From a virus (lineage: Duplodnaviria > Caudoviricetes): 64,000 nt of DNA. Of the stretch, positions 48,578 through 58,458 are shown in pieces. Made by a program: the position numbers and the translations under genes. The stretch lies in the IMG/VR virus record IMGVR_UViG_3300008255_000098; one strand, 5' to 3'. The notes under the pieces were generated by a model. The model worked only from the letters and a program-made list of their open reading frames with translations. It ran no database searches and was not told where the DNA came from. How positions within the stretch are numbered: the stretch's first letter is position 1; each line of letters starts with the position of its first letter.

Positions 48578-51500
48578 ATGGCAGAAATTAGAAACAACAC
48601 TAAAAATTTAACTCTTAACAGACCTGGGTTATTTTCTTCTACTACTACTAGAGGGTTACGTGAGGGCGCTAGCCATCAAAGTGTTGCGTTTTCTACCCAG
48701 AACAACCAACTTGTCGATAGTAGTATTTTAAATACAGGAAGTTTTAAATATTCCGTAGACGGTGCTGGGCTACGTTCTACTCAACAAATAAATATAGACT
48801 GGACACAATTCGAAAATCATACTTTCTACAATAGCGCACAGGTTAAAACAAATGTAGCTTTTGAGAAAATTTTTAACGAATTTCCTTTTGACGGACAAAA
48901 ATCAGAATTTGAAGATTTTTTTGCGTCACTAACTGGTTTTGAAAAATATATTTATGATTTGTTCCCTAAAAATATTGGATATATGTTTTTTTCTGGTAGT
49001 ACGACTACACCAGGGGATTTAGGAACACATATAACAGTAAAAGATACTGCTGGCGCTGCCTACCCGGCGGTGTCCTCGAAAAACACTGGCGACACAATAA
49101 TAAATCCTGGCGAAAATTCTATGACAGTAGAATTTTGGGCATATATTCCGGAAGAACAAAATTTTGGCTCAATGATCCTTGATAAACATTATGATGACGG
49201 GACTATAACAACAAGACAAGGATTTTTTATAAATCTCAACCCTTCCGCCAGCACTACGTCTGCGTCAGTTTCTTTTAATGTTGTTTCTGGTGCAATAGAA
49301 GATGTTGTTAGTGTAAATTTAGATAAAGGAAAATGGAATCATGTTGCTTGGGTATGGGATAGAACTCCAGGCGTACAACAATCATTTTGTTATGTTAACC
49401 AAAACTTACTTGCTAGTTCTTCTCAGCCTATTGAGTTTAAGACAATCTCTACACAGACCTCTGATCTTTTAATCGGCTCTGGTAGTGCCGTAACCAGTTT
49501 ATTTACCCCTACCACTACTTTTTCTGGTGCGTTAGATGAATTAAGAATTTGGCACAAGGTACGTTCAGCAGATGAAAGAAATCTATATAAAGAAAAATCT
49601 ATATTTGCTGAAGACGGATTGCAGCTTTATTTTAAATTTAACGAACCTTCTGGAAGTAACTCCTCAATAATTTTAGATTATTCAACAAACTCTGTTCATG
49701 GAAAAATAAATACTCAAGGTGTTCTTTTAGACGTAATGAATATTCCTACAGGACAAATTGCTGGTGCAAGTCCAATGGTTTATGAAAAAATGAGCAACTC
49801 TCCAGTTTTGTTCCCGTCATACCCGGACCTGATTTCTACCAGAACAGAACTTTTACTTTCTGCTTCTAGATACGACCTCAAAAATCCAAATTTAATTACT
49901 AAACTTGTCCCTGTGCATTATTTTCTCGAAGGGCAGGAGCAAGACGGCCTTGCTACTGAAACAGGACAAATCACAGAAATTTTGGAAAGCGGGACAGACC
50001 CGAGGTCAACCAAACTAGGAGCCACACAAGTATTTCTTTTGTTGTTATACACGTGGGCTAAATTTTTTGATGAAACAAAACTTTATATCCAAACACTTAG
50101 TACTTTAGATACAGTAGATTATGATATAACAGATACAGTTCCAGACCAATTTTTACTACAATATGCAAGAAACGAAGGTATAGAATTACCTCCGTTGTTT
50201 GACGGCAGCACTATAGAACAATTTATTGAAGCTGAAAATATTCAAAGTGACATTGGAACAAATGATCTAACGCTACAAAGTGTTAGAAACCAAATTTGGA
50301 GAAGAATCTTAATAAATTTACAAGATGTATTGCAATCAAAAGGTACAATACACAGTGTAAAATCTTTTATTAGGTCTGTGGGAATTGAACCAGATAACAA
50401 TTTTAGAATTAGAGAATATGGCGGGCCTAATAAACTATCGTTATCATTTGCAAGAGATAATAGAAATGAAATTTCTACAATGCTTAATTTCATTTCTGGC
50501 GGTATTGTCACTAGTCCGTATTTAGTTTCTAGTCGTTCTGAGCCCGGCTTTCCATACCCAGGTCCTGATGCTACGAATAATTCTCTTTTAACTTCTGGAA
50601 GTTGGTCATTTGAAGGTTTGTATAAATTCCCAAATGCTAATCAATCTACAATCTCACAAAGCTTGGTAAGATTCAATGTTACAGGTTCAACGGTTAGAAA
50701 TGGAGTAACTGCAAATGTTGTTTCTGTAAAGGGCGGCTACACGACTCTTTTTGTTAGAAATTATTCAGTTCCGGGTTCTGGATATCCTGTGTTATCTCTT
50801 GCGATTACTGGTGCAGATTTATTTGATAATGATCAATGGTACGTATCTTTTGGAAGAAGAAGAAACGATGATGGTTTGTCCTCAGATGTTTCAAGTTCAT
50901 ACTTTCTACGCTTAGCAAAACAAAATTTTGGCGAGATTATTGAATCACACTCAACTTCATCATATTATAATGATTTATTTGCCGGAACTAATGGAAGCGT
51001 GTGGACATCAACTTCACCTGCGGCAGCATCTTCAGGGTCTTTTATAACCATTGGCTCACAATCTCTAGATTCAATTGCAGCAGCAATATATTTGAATGGA
51101 AATGACACCGGGGCAATAGAAAAAACTACTAATTTTACTGGAAAAGCTGGACACTTTAAATTTTATTCAAAGTTTATAACTGACGCAGAATGGCCTGAAC
51201 ACGTTAGAAACTACCGATCAGTCGGCGTTGTTGACCCAACAAAAAACTTTAATTTTTCTACTACACCTACAGGTTCATTTGAAAGACTTCGTTTCGATGT
51301 TTCAACTGACCAACCTGTAACAGAATCAAATTCTTCTGGAGAGATTATCCTAACTGATTTTTCTCAAAATTCATTTAGCTTATCAGGTTCTGGATTCATA
51401 GCAAGTTCTTCTATTATTGACCCAGAAAGATTTTTTTATAGTTATCTTTCTCCAAAGTTTGACCAGGCTTCTACTACAGAAAAAGTGCGTATCCGTTCGT

Positions 51501-52012
51501 TCCAAAACTTTGAAAACGTACAAGATACTCCCTGGTCTGAACTAGCACCAAGATATGATGTTGTTGGCTCAGAACAACCAACAGATAACACAAAATTTAC
51601 AATAGATTACTCAATTACTGATGCATTAGACCAAGATATTATAACCATATTTTCTAGCTTAGAAGCCTATGATAATATTCTTGGTAACCCGGAATTATTG
51701 TTTTCTCCTGATTATCCTGACCTAGAAGTGTTGAGAGACATTTATTTTAATAAACTGACTGATAAAATGTCTCTAAAAGTATTTTTTGAATTTTATAAGT
51801 GGTTTGATACAAACCTTGGAACGTTTATATCGCAATTATTACCGAACAAAACAAAATTCTTGGGCACAAATTTTGTTATAGAAAGTGCAATTTTAGAACG
51901 TCCAAAAGTACAATATTTTTCTGAAGATATATATCTTGGGGACAATCACAGACAAAGTTTAAGAGATACAATTTTACTAAGAATTATTGCGGGGTCGATA
52001 GGGAAGTATTAA
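48578..52012 (+). CDS. large baseplate protein with LamG/concanavalin-like domains
   Basis: MTVEFW, KWNHVAWVW, FSGALDELRIW and LYFKFNE LamG motifs; C-terminal VIESAILERPK. Confidence 0.7.
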   Translation: MAEIRNNTKNLTLNRPGLFSSTTTRGLREGASHQSVAFSTQNNQLVDSSILNTGSFKYSVDGAGLRSTQQINIDWTQFENHTFYNSAQVKTNVAFEKIFNEFPFDGQKSEFEDFFASLTGFEKYIYDLFPKNIGYMFFSGSTTTPGDLGTHITVKDTAGAAYPAVSSKNTGDTIINPGENSMTVEFWAYIPEEQNFGSMILDKHYDDGTITTRQGFFINLNPSASTTSASVSFNVVSGAIEDVVSVNLDKGKWNHVAWVWDRTPGVQQSFCYVNQNLLASSSQPIEFKTISTQTSDLLIGSGSAVTSLFTPTTTFSGALDELRIWHKVRSADERNLYKEKSIFAEDGLQLYFKFNEPSGSNSSIILDYSTNSVHGKINTQGVLLDVMNIPTGQIAGASPMVYEKMSNSPVLFPSYPDLISTRTELLLSASRYDLKNPNLITKLVPVHYFLEGQEQDGLATETGQITEILESGTDPRSTKLGATQVFLLLLYTWAKFFDETKLYIQTLSTLDTVDYDITDTVPDQFLLQYARNEGIELPPLFDGSTIEQFIEAENIQSDIGTNDLTLQSVRNQIWRRILINLQDVLQSKGTIHSVKSFIRSVGIEPDNNFRIREYGGPNKLSLSFARDNRNEISTMLNFISGGIVTSPYLVSSRSEPGFPYPGPDATNNSLLTSGSWSFEGLYKFPNANQSTISQSLVRFNVTGSTVRNGVTANVVSVKGGYTTLFVRNYSVPGSGYPVLSLAITGADLFDNDQWYVSFGRRRNDDGLSSDVSSSYFLRLAKQNFGEIIESHSTSSYYNDLFAGTNGSVWTSTSPAAASSGSFITIGSQSLDSIAAAIYLNGNDTGAIEKTTNFTGKAGHFKFYSKFITDAEWPEHVRNYRSVGVVDPTKNFNFSTTPTGSFERLRFDVSTDQPVTESNSSGEIILTDFSQNSFSLSGSGFIASSSIIDPERFFYSYLSPKFDQASTTEKVRIRSFQNFENVQDTPWSELAPRYDVVGSEQPTDNTKFTIDYSITDALDQDIITIFSSLEAYDNILGNPELLFSPDYPDLEVLRDIYFNKLTDKMSLKVFFEFYKWFDTNLGTFISQLLPNKTKFLGTNFVIESAILERPKVQYFSEDIYLGDNHRQSLRDTILLRIIAGSIGKY

Positions 52013-52058
52013 AATATCCTTATTGGATATAAACTTCTAAACTATACTAATTGATTAT

Positions 52059-52937
52059 ATGGCTATTACAATTGACGAAAATGAAGACTTTGCAGGAAAT
52101 GAGTTTACTCCTTTTTATGATGGCGCCGCTCGGCGTATTGAGCAAGCTAAAAATGTTTTCGCAAACTCATCTCAGGGATATGATACAACTCTTATTGATA
52201 AGTTTCGACAAGGAGTTTCAATTAGGTCTAGTAAAGATTTATATGGTTCTACGCAACCAAAAATCTGGGCAGGCAACCTTCACCACTATATAAAAGTCTC
52301 AACTATCGGGCAAGCACGAGACTCAGTAGAATTTGGAAATAGTGCAATATTCGAAGAATTACCAATATTTAATCCAGTTTGGTATGTAGATTCTGGTTCA
52401 AGTTATCCGTTTCCTATTGTTTTTAATAATGGTCCACAACAAGAAGAAGAAGCTTCAATTGAACCTTTTACTATTCCGTTTAGAAAGCCTAATCCATATG
52501 GAAATTATTTTCCAAGATCTCCAAAAGCTAGCTTAGAAGATGGAAATAATTTTGATAACCTTGATGGTGGGACTACAAGAGTAGAACAATTTATTGAATA
52601 TAATATCCCGACTTCACCTCGATTTTTCTTAGATGAGGGCGGTGAATATTATGGACCCCTCGAAAATGCAATAGTAATTGATGGATATGCGGCTTTCAAC
52701 CAAAGAGATGTTGTTCCGTTTAACGATACCCGAGATGAACAAATTGTTGAACAAATCAATACAACCGATGTAACTTTTATATCAGAACTTAAAAAAATGA
52801 AATTTGGTTTAGACGAAGATATTCGTGGAACTTATGATAGAAAATCTGCCACAGCAGGAAATATTGTTTATGGAAACGGAGCGGCTCGTTATGGAACCGA
52901 CAGTATTGCATTTGCGGGAATGATTAAAGGATCATGA
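52059..52937 (+). CDS. putative virion structural protein
   Basis: coupled within the baseplate operon. Confidence 0.6.
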   Translation: MAITIDENEDFAGNEFTPFYDGAARRIEQAKNVFANSSQGYDTTLIDKFRQGVSIRSSKDLYGSTQPKIWAGNLHHYIKVSTIGQARDSVEFGNSAIFEELPIFNPVWYVDSGSSYPFPIVFNNGPQQEEEASIEPFTIPFRKPNPYGNYFPRSPKASLEDGNNFDNLDGGTTRVEQFIEYNIPTSPRFFLDEGGEYYGPLENAIVIDGYAAFNQRDVVPFNDTRDEQIVEQINTTDVTFISELKKMKFGLDEDIRGTYDRKSATAGNIVYGNGAARYGTDSIAFAGMIKGS

Positions 52938-54688
52938 CTAGAGTCAATAAAAAAACAAGAATTAAAGGTCTCCCGGCAAAGTTACAATTAAGTCAACAAG
53001 ATGCGATGACTGGCTCTTATCCAACTAAACTAAGAATTGCCAGTGATAATAGAACTGGAAAAACTCCTCTTAGGTTTGATGACACAGTAACACAAATGTT
53101 TTTACCCGAAAATGTTTTTTATCCATCATTACTGCCAGTTAACTCTGTTAATATAGACACAGAAACTACTAGCTCACTTTCCGTATCAGCTGTTCCCAGA
53201 AAAGGGGTAGAAGACCAGTATATAAAGTTTACGTTATCTGGTGCGCAAAATCTTCAACCGTTTGAAGACGATAACCACCCGGAAGTTGACGGAAAATCTT
53301 CTAATAACTTATTTTATACCACCGGAAGTAAAATATCTGATGCAGGCGAAGGATTCTCAAGCCCTCTTTGGTCAAAAACAAAAATAGAAATTGATATATC
53401 AGTTACTTCTGAAACTACCTACTCCCAATCTTTTGATGCATACCAAACTACTGACGGAAATTTCCAAATGTTTTACTATAGCCCGAATGCTAAAGAGTGG
53501 GAAGGGCTTGGAAGAGGCCAAACATACCCATTTTTAAATTCTGCTCCAGTTGAGTTGTTAGATGAATTATATATTGGTTTCGCTCCGTCACAAATGATTT
53601 CTACGGGGGCTGTTGCTACTTTAGCTAATGCCGGGATCCCAATTTCTACTTTTGGTTTTCCAGCCCATGTCAAATATCATGCGAAAAGCACGCAGACAAT
53701 CAATGTTTCTGATTATATTTCAGAGCCATTTTTAGTAGAAAAAGTTGTAATGGAAATTTCTTCAACCTATGAACATGGGGACGAAACACAATGGAATTCT
53801 GCTTATGCCGCCCAATATAACATTTCTGGCGCTATAAATACAGCATTTTTATTAAATCAGAGGAAGAATTTTCATGTCAGTACTTCAATTGATTTATTTA
53901 GTTCCCGTGATGAAATAGCTTTCGGGGAGAAATCAGGTACAATGCCAATTTTAATTCCGAGTAGGAGCGTAAGTACAATACGTGATTTAATTACTTGGCA
54001 TAATATTACAAGTTACAACTCAGACTTTATTACAGTTGTTAGTCACTCTGGTGGCGGCTCTGGCGAAACTTCATTTTACAATACAAAAGATTTATTTGAT
54101 AGAGATTCGGTCCTACAATCAGCAGAACCGAAGATGTCTGGAGTTGGATGGTCTGAATATCTTAAATTAGAAACAGCAGCGAGAGTACCAACAAAAAATC
54201 AAAAAGGGTTAGCTGTTGGGGCGATTGCTGAGGAGGCAAACCTATCTCTTATACGAACAGAGGTTAATCCTCTTGGCAGCAGTTTTTTTACGAGAAACAC
54301 TAGATCTGGTAGAAATTCGCTTGGTTTGCTACAGCAGACCGGAAGAGATTGGAGAACCCCTTTCGGAAGCGGTACTGTGTTTGTTAAAGATTTTGCAGGA
54401 TTCACTTCAGGATTAAGAATTCTAACGATCGACGGAATTAAAAATCACTATTTGAATAACCCATATATTATACAGCCAGGAGATCAATTAGTCCTTGGAT
54501 GGCAAATGCCTGTACCACAGTTCCCTAGTTTATTGTCTGGTAATGGTTCATGGGCTGGGAGAATTACCTTTCACCCAGGAAATTTTAAAATGACTATTTA
54601 TGGTTCGCAAATTGTCGCAGGAAAAGAACATCACGATACACTTAACCAAGAAACAACTTCGAATGTTGTCCATGAAATAATTGGATAA
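52934..54688 (+). CDS. putative virion structural protein
   Basis: 584 aa, ATGA-coupled in the baseplate operon. Confidence 0.6.
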   Translation: MTRVNKKTRIKGLPAKLQLSQQDAMTGSYPTKLRIASDNRTGKTPLRFDDTVTQMFLPENVFYPSLLPVNSVNIDTETTSSLSVSAVPRKGVEDQYIKFTLSGAQNLQPFEDDNHPEVDGKSSNNLFYTTGSKISDAGEGFSSPLWSKTKIEIDISVTSETTYSQSFDAYQTTDGNFQMFYYSPNAKEWEGLGRGQTYPFLNSAPVELLDELYIGFAPSQMISTGAVATLANAGIPISTFGFPAHVKYHAKSTQTINVSDYISEPFLVEKVVMEISSTYEHGDETQWNSAYAAQYNISGAINTAFLLNQRKNFHVSTSIDLFSSRDEIAFGEKSGTMPILIPSRSVSTIRDLITWHNITSYNSDFITVVSHSGGGSGETSFYNTKDLFDRDSVLQSAEPKMSGVGWSEYLKLETAARVPTKNQKGLAVGAIAEEANLSLIRTEVNPLGSSFFTRNTRSGRNSLGLLQQTGRDWRTPFGSGTVFVKDFAGFTSGLRILTIDGIKNHYLNNPYIIQPGDQLVLGWQMPVPQFPSLLSGNGSWAGRITFHPGNFKMTIYGSQIVAGKEHHDTLNQETTSNVVHEIIG

Positions 54689-55811
54689 AGATATGATTAT
54701 ATTTGACCAAATTGAAACAGAACCAATAACAAGTTATAGCGGAAGTTACAGTGATAATATCATATTCGGCTCATTGTTTAAAAACAACATTGACTTTTTG
54801 TCAAGTACTATTGACAATTCTACAAGACAAATAGCAGCTTTAAAAACAACTGGTATTACTCAAAAATATCTTTCCAAAGTTTCTAAATGGAGACATAGTA
54901 GATATCATGATTTTATTAATTCTAGGCAAATCGCTGGTTCTGTATCTAACTTCACCGTCGTAGAAAATGATAAAACAATAGTAGATTCAGTGACACCTGA
55001 TATTGTGCAAATTGCAACTATAAATAATGAGTGGGTGTTCTCAGGTTCTTATACGTTTCTTTCTGACCCAGATTTGAATGCAATAGCTACTCCGGTTTCT
55101 TCCTCTGCTAACGTTATTATTAGAAAATACTCTCCTTGGTTAACAAATTTTCCTTTTCAAACTGAATACAAACAAGTGGATAAAAATTTTACCTTCGGAA
55201 GAAATTTACAAGTTATTACTGCGTCAATGACTACTCTTGTCAATATTACTTTTCAAGATCCAAGCGGAGATGTTTTTACTTTAGTAGATATAAGTTCGTC
55301 TAACCCAACAGTTGATTTTGCACCTGGCGTTGTAAATTTTGAGAGTTATTGGCCGACACAATTTCTAGAGCTTCCTTTTAACATACAAAATAAATTTTTT
55401 TACAGTATTGGTGATGGATTTTTGCCTAAAACTGGGATATCTACAAAACTTAAAAGAATGCCAGGATTTTTGATTAGGCAATTTCCAGATCCAGACTTTT
55501 TGGCTGGTATGGTAATCCGGGGATTTAGGTATGGACTTTATAATTCTTCACCAGTTCATGCACAAATAAAATTTAGGCGTTCTAGATATGGACACTTTAG
55601 AGACATGTTAGAACCAAGAATTTATACTGCTTTCACAGATATAAATGGTAATATAGAATTTCCAGTTCAAATAAATTTTATTAGCGGATCCGATATAAGC
55701 AATAAAGCAAAAATCTATGTCACCGCCTCTTCCCCTACAGATTTCAATAGACGAGATAGCGGAATGTTTGATGCAAAGTATCGGAGTGGTCAACCTTTCT
55801 TCGATGGTTGA
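54681..55811 (+). CDS. putative virion structural protein
   Basis: 376 aa; C-terminal GFRYGLYN...FRRSRYGHFRDMLE. Confidence 0.6.
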   Translation: MDKDMIIFDQIETEPITSYSGSYSDNIIFGSLFKNNIDFLSSTIDNSTRQIAALKTTGITQKYLSKVSKWRHSRYHDFINSRQIAGSVSNFTVVENDKTIVDSVTPDIVQIATINNEWVFSGSYTFLSDPDLNAIATPVSSSANVIIRKYSPWLTNFPFQTEYKQVDKNFTFGRNLQVITASMTTLVNITFQDPSGDVFTLVDISSSNPTVDFAPGVVNFESYWPTQFLELPFNIQNKFFYSIGDGFLPKTGISTKLKRMPGFLIRQFPDPDFLAGMVIRGFRYGLYNSSPVHAQIKFRRSRYGHFRDMLEPRIYTAFTDINGNIEFPVQINFISGSDISNKAKIYVTASSPTDFNRRDSGMFDAKYRSGQPFFDG

Positions 55812-55834
55812 TATTTAAGTAAAGAAATTATATT

Positions 55835-56788
55835 ATGTCTGGTATTTTAAATCCAAAAAATAGACTTTTTGACACTATCTTAACTGTTGAAGGTCGAAAA
55901 CAAATTGCCGCAGGTAAACTACAAGCTAAGTTTTATGCCTTCACAGATGCAGGAATGCATTATTCGCAAGAAACAATTGTTTCTGGCGGACTTGATGAAA
56001 CATATAGAATACAACTAGAAGCAACCAGCTTGCCACAAGATACAATTTCTATTGAAGCAGATGACAGCGGAATGTTGACGGGATTCCCAGTATCTGGCTC
56101 AACTAAATTTATATTTCGTGGCGGGCAAATATTGTCTTCAACAGCTGACGGACAAATAAATACGGTAATAACAGGGTCTATCTTCAATAGTCTTGGTGAG
56201 CATTTGTTAAAATCTTCCACAAATAATTTTTCTAATCAGTATATTTTAAGAAGTCCAGACCCTTTAGATGCGGAAAATTTAGAATTTATGGTAGGTCCGA
56301 CTGCTGTAACTCACAGTATTACAAATAAAAAACCTTTTAACAAAGATAACATTTCTACAATTGATGTTACCAAAGCAGATAGTTTTTTCCAAGATAGACG
56401 TTTGAGTCATATTCCAAACTATACTTTTTTACCGCCAGTAAATAGGCCAAGACTCGGTTCTACAGACGCTACGCCCTTGGGAGAATATGTAAGTCTAAAT
56501 CAAAAATCTATTTTTTCATTTGATGATTTGGAAACAGAGCTAAATAAACTTGAGCGTAATGGGTATATGAGCCTAATACACTTTACAGAAACCTCAAAAC
56601 AAAGTAATATTTTTGCGCAGTTTTTTGAAGTAGGACAAAATGAAATGTCCAAGCTTGACGTAATAGACTTTGGAACATTCCCTGTTAAAAATGGTAGGGA
56701 CCAACATGTATTTTTCGTTGGAAAAGTTTATAATGATGATAATGGTTCAGATACTTTTATAAATCTTTTTACTATAATTTTTACATAG
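55835..56788 (+). CDS. putative baseplate structural protein
   Basis: MSGILN...DTILTVEGRKQIA...FYAFTD N-terminus; TATTTA at 55812. Confidence 0.6.
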   Translation: MSGILNPKNRLFDTILTVEGRKQIAAGKLQAKFYAFTDAGMHYSQETIVSGGLDETYRIQLEATSLPQDTISIEADDSGMLTGFPVSGSTKFIFRGGQILSSTADGQINTVITGSIFNSLGEHLLKSSTNNFSNQYILRSPDPLDAENLEFMVGPTAVTHSITNKKPFNKDNISTIDVTKADSFFQDRRLSHIPNYTFLPPVNRPRLGSTDATPLGEYVSLNQKSIFSFDDLETELNKLERNGYMSLIHFTETSKQSNIFAQFFEVGQNEMSKLDVIDFGTFPVKNGRDQHVFFVGKVYNDDNGSDTFINLFTIIFT

Positions 56789-57067
56789 CTTACAGTGGAC
56801 TACGAGACCAAGTTTTTAGTACCGTGTAGCTTATTGTAGAGGCTGTAGTGGATTTCTATTTGTAAAACGTATCAGTGCCCACGGTAAATTACTCATCGAG
56901 TAGGGAATATCCTATAATGGTGTTGCTTGTTTTTCAAAAGTATTTTAAAACTTTTGCCACGGCTGCATCTGTATTCAGTGGTTTGTAAACATAATTGTTA
57001 CCTACATCTGTTGGTTGAATATAATGTAGATAAAAATTCCATAAACCAACTACTTTAATTTTATACA

Positions 57068-57117
57068 GGAGCGTAAAAAATTCCACCCATCGGTTCTGCC
57101 GTGGGTGGATAGTTCAC
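57068..57117 (+). mobile_element. 50-bp minimal element (left end fused to right end)
   Basis: GGAGCGTAAAAAATTCCACCCATCGGTTCTGCCGTGGGTGGATAGTTCAC; internal hairpin CCACCCA/TGGGTGG. Confidence 0.7.
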
Positions 57118-57179
57118 TGTTGCTTATAGCTATAGAGTTAGCACAGATTAGAGGTAATGTTTTGTCTAAGAAATAATTT

Positions 57180-58025
57180 TTAGTATCCAAAACCCTCTAC
57201 TTTACGTAGTTCTTTATAATGTTTCTTTAAATTTGACAAAACTATACTCAATTGTTTTGAGTTAAGTGCCGTAATTTCTCTAATATAAAGAAGTACTGCT
57301 CTTTTTGACAACAAATCAATATCATCAAGATTTTCAATTATAATATTTATAGCTTCTAGAGTACGTTTTTCATTTTCTGTCTTGACACGATTTTCTAGTT
57401 CGGCAACAATGGATTCTAATAACTGTTTCATATCCTGTGTTGACATAATTTCATCATATCCGGGCACAAAATTATTTCGCTCAATTGCTTCTATGTCTAC
57501 CTGTGAAAGATTTTCTTGATAATCTAGACTTACATATTTTTTAATTTTCTTAGAATTCTGTTTTGATTTAATTGTGAGCCAATTTTTAGCAACAACGTTA
57601 AAATACGAGAACGCTTTTGAGCCTTTCGAGACGTCAAATTTATTAACTGCTGAATACAAGAATTCCAAACACTCAATTTTTAAATCTTGTTTTGTTTCAT
57701 GCATTACCTTGAACCCATAAACATTAATAAGATTTTCAATTAACGAATCAAAAGACGGAAGAATTTCTTTGACATAAATTATTTCACGTTCTTCGTCTGT
57801 TTTTGCTTCTTGATATTTTACAATTGCATCTTGTGTATGCATAGTAAAATACTGATTAGATTTTGTGCCAGGCTTTCTTCTGACTATTTTATCTTTTTTT
57901 GATGGCCTTCCAAACCTTTTTTTACTTGGTTTGATAGCGTTTCCGTCTTCATCTAATTTTACTCCGCTAACACCGGATGGTATTCTAGTAATTTTAGTAG
58001 TATTATTTGTTTTGGTGTCTAACAT
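57180..58025 (-). CDS. late-transcription sigma factor (T4 gp55-like)
   Basis: QYFTMHTQDAIVKY, DLKIECLEFL and KFDVSKGSKAFSYFNVVAKNWL (sigma region 2) with no recognisable region 4. Confidence 0.7.
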   Translation of the reverse strand: MLDTKTNNTTKITRIPSGVSGVKLDEDGNAIKPSKKRFGRPSKKDKIVRRKPGTKSNQYFTMHTQDAIVKYQEAKTDEEREIIYVKEILPSFDSLIENLINVYGFKVMHETKQDLKIECLEFLYSAVNKFDVSKGSKAFSYFNVVAKNWLTIKSKQNSKKIKKYVSLDYQENLSQVDIEAIERNNFVPGYDEIMSTQDMKQLLESIVAELENRVKTENEKRTLEAINIIIENLDDIDLLSKRAVLLYIREITALNSKQLSIVLSNLKKHYKELRKVEGFGY

Positions 58026-58458
58026 CCAAAATCATCCCTTCACGGCGAAGCGTTTCCAGGGGATTTGGAGTTCCCGGAGGCTGGCCTGGTAATCTCGGCA
58101 AAAATTCTTCTTCCTGTTGTTGTTGTCCAGAAAAATATTCTGGGTTTTCCCAAACAGTAACATACTTTCGTTTACTTCTAGCTGTAAATTTATGAATTAT
58201 CTTATTAACCACGCCTTTACATAACTTGATTTCTTCTAAAGCACCTTGTACAGAATTTTTAGCCTCCGGACTATCAAAAAACATTTGCATATTTAAGATT
58301 TCACTCATAGAATTTTCTACATTGTTTAGTGACTCAAGTGTTTCGTCGATGTCATCTTCAAATATCATAATTATTTTTGCAAATTTCCATAAAAATATTG
58401 TTGCAAATACTAAACTAATAGTTAAAAATACTGTGAAAACACCTAATAAACTAAACAT
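58003..58458 (-). CDS. membrane-anchored hypothetical protein
   Basis: N-terminal transmembrane segment followed by a coiled coil. Confidence 0.6.
   Translation of the reverse strand: MFSLLGVFTVFLTISLVFATIFLWKFAKIIMIFEDDIDETLESLNNVENSMSEILNMQMFFDSPEAKNSVQGALEEIKLCKGVVNKIIHKFTARSKRKYVTVWENPEYFSGQQQQEEEFLPRLPGQPPGTPNPLETLRREGMILDVRHQNK

Noticed and set aside
56935-57130. Small minus-strand gene whose ATG would be restored by removing the 50-bp element
   Set aside because: It depends on the exact left boundary, which is uncertain by 2 nt, and the 44 aa product has no recognisable features.
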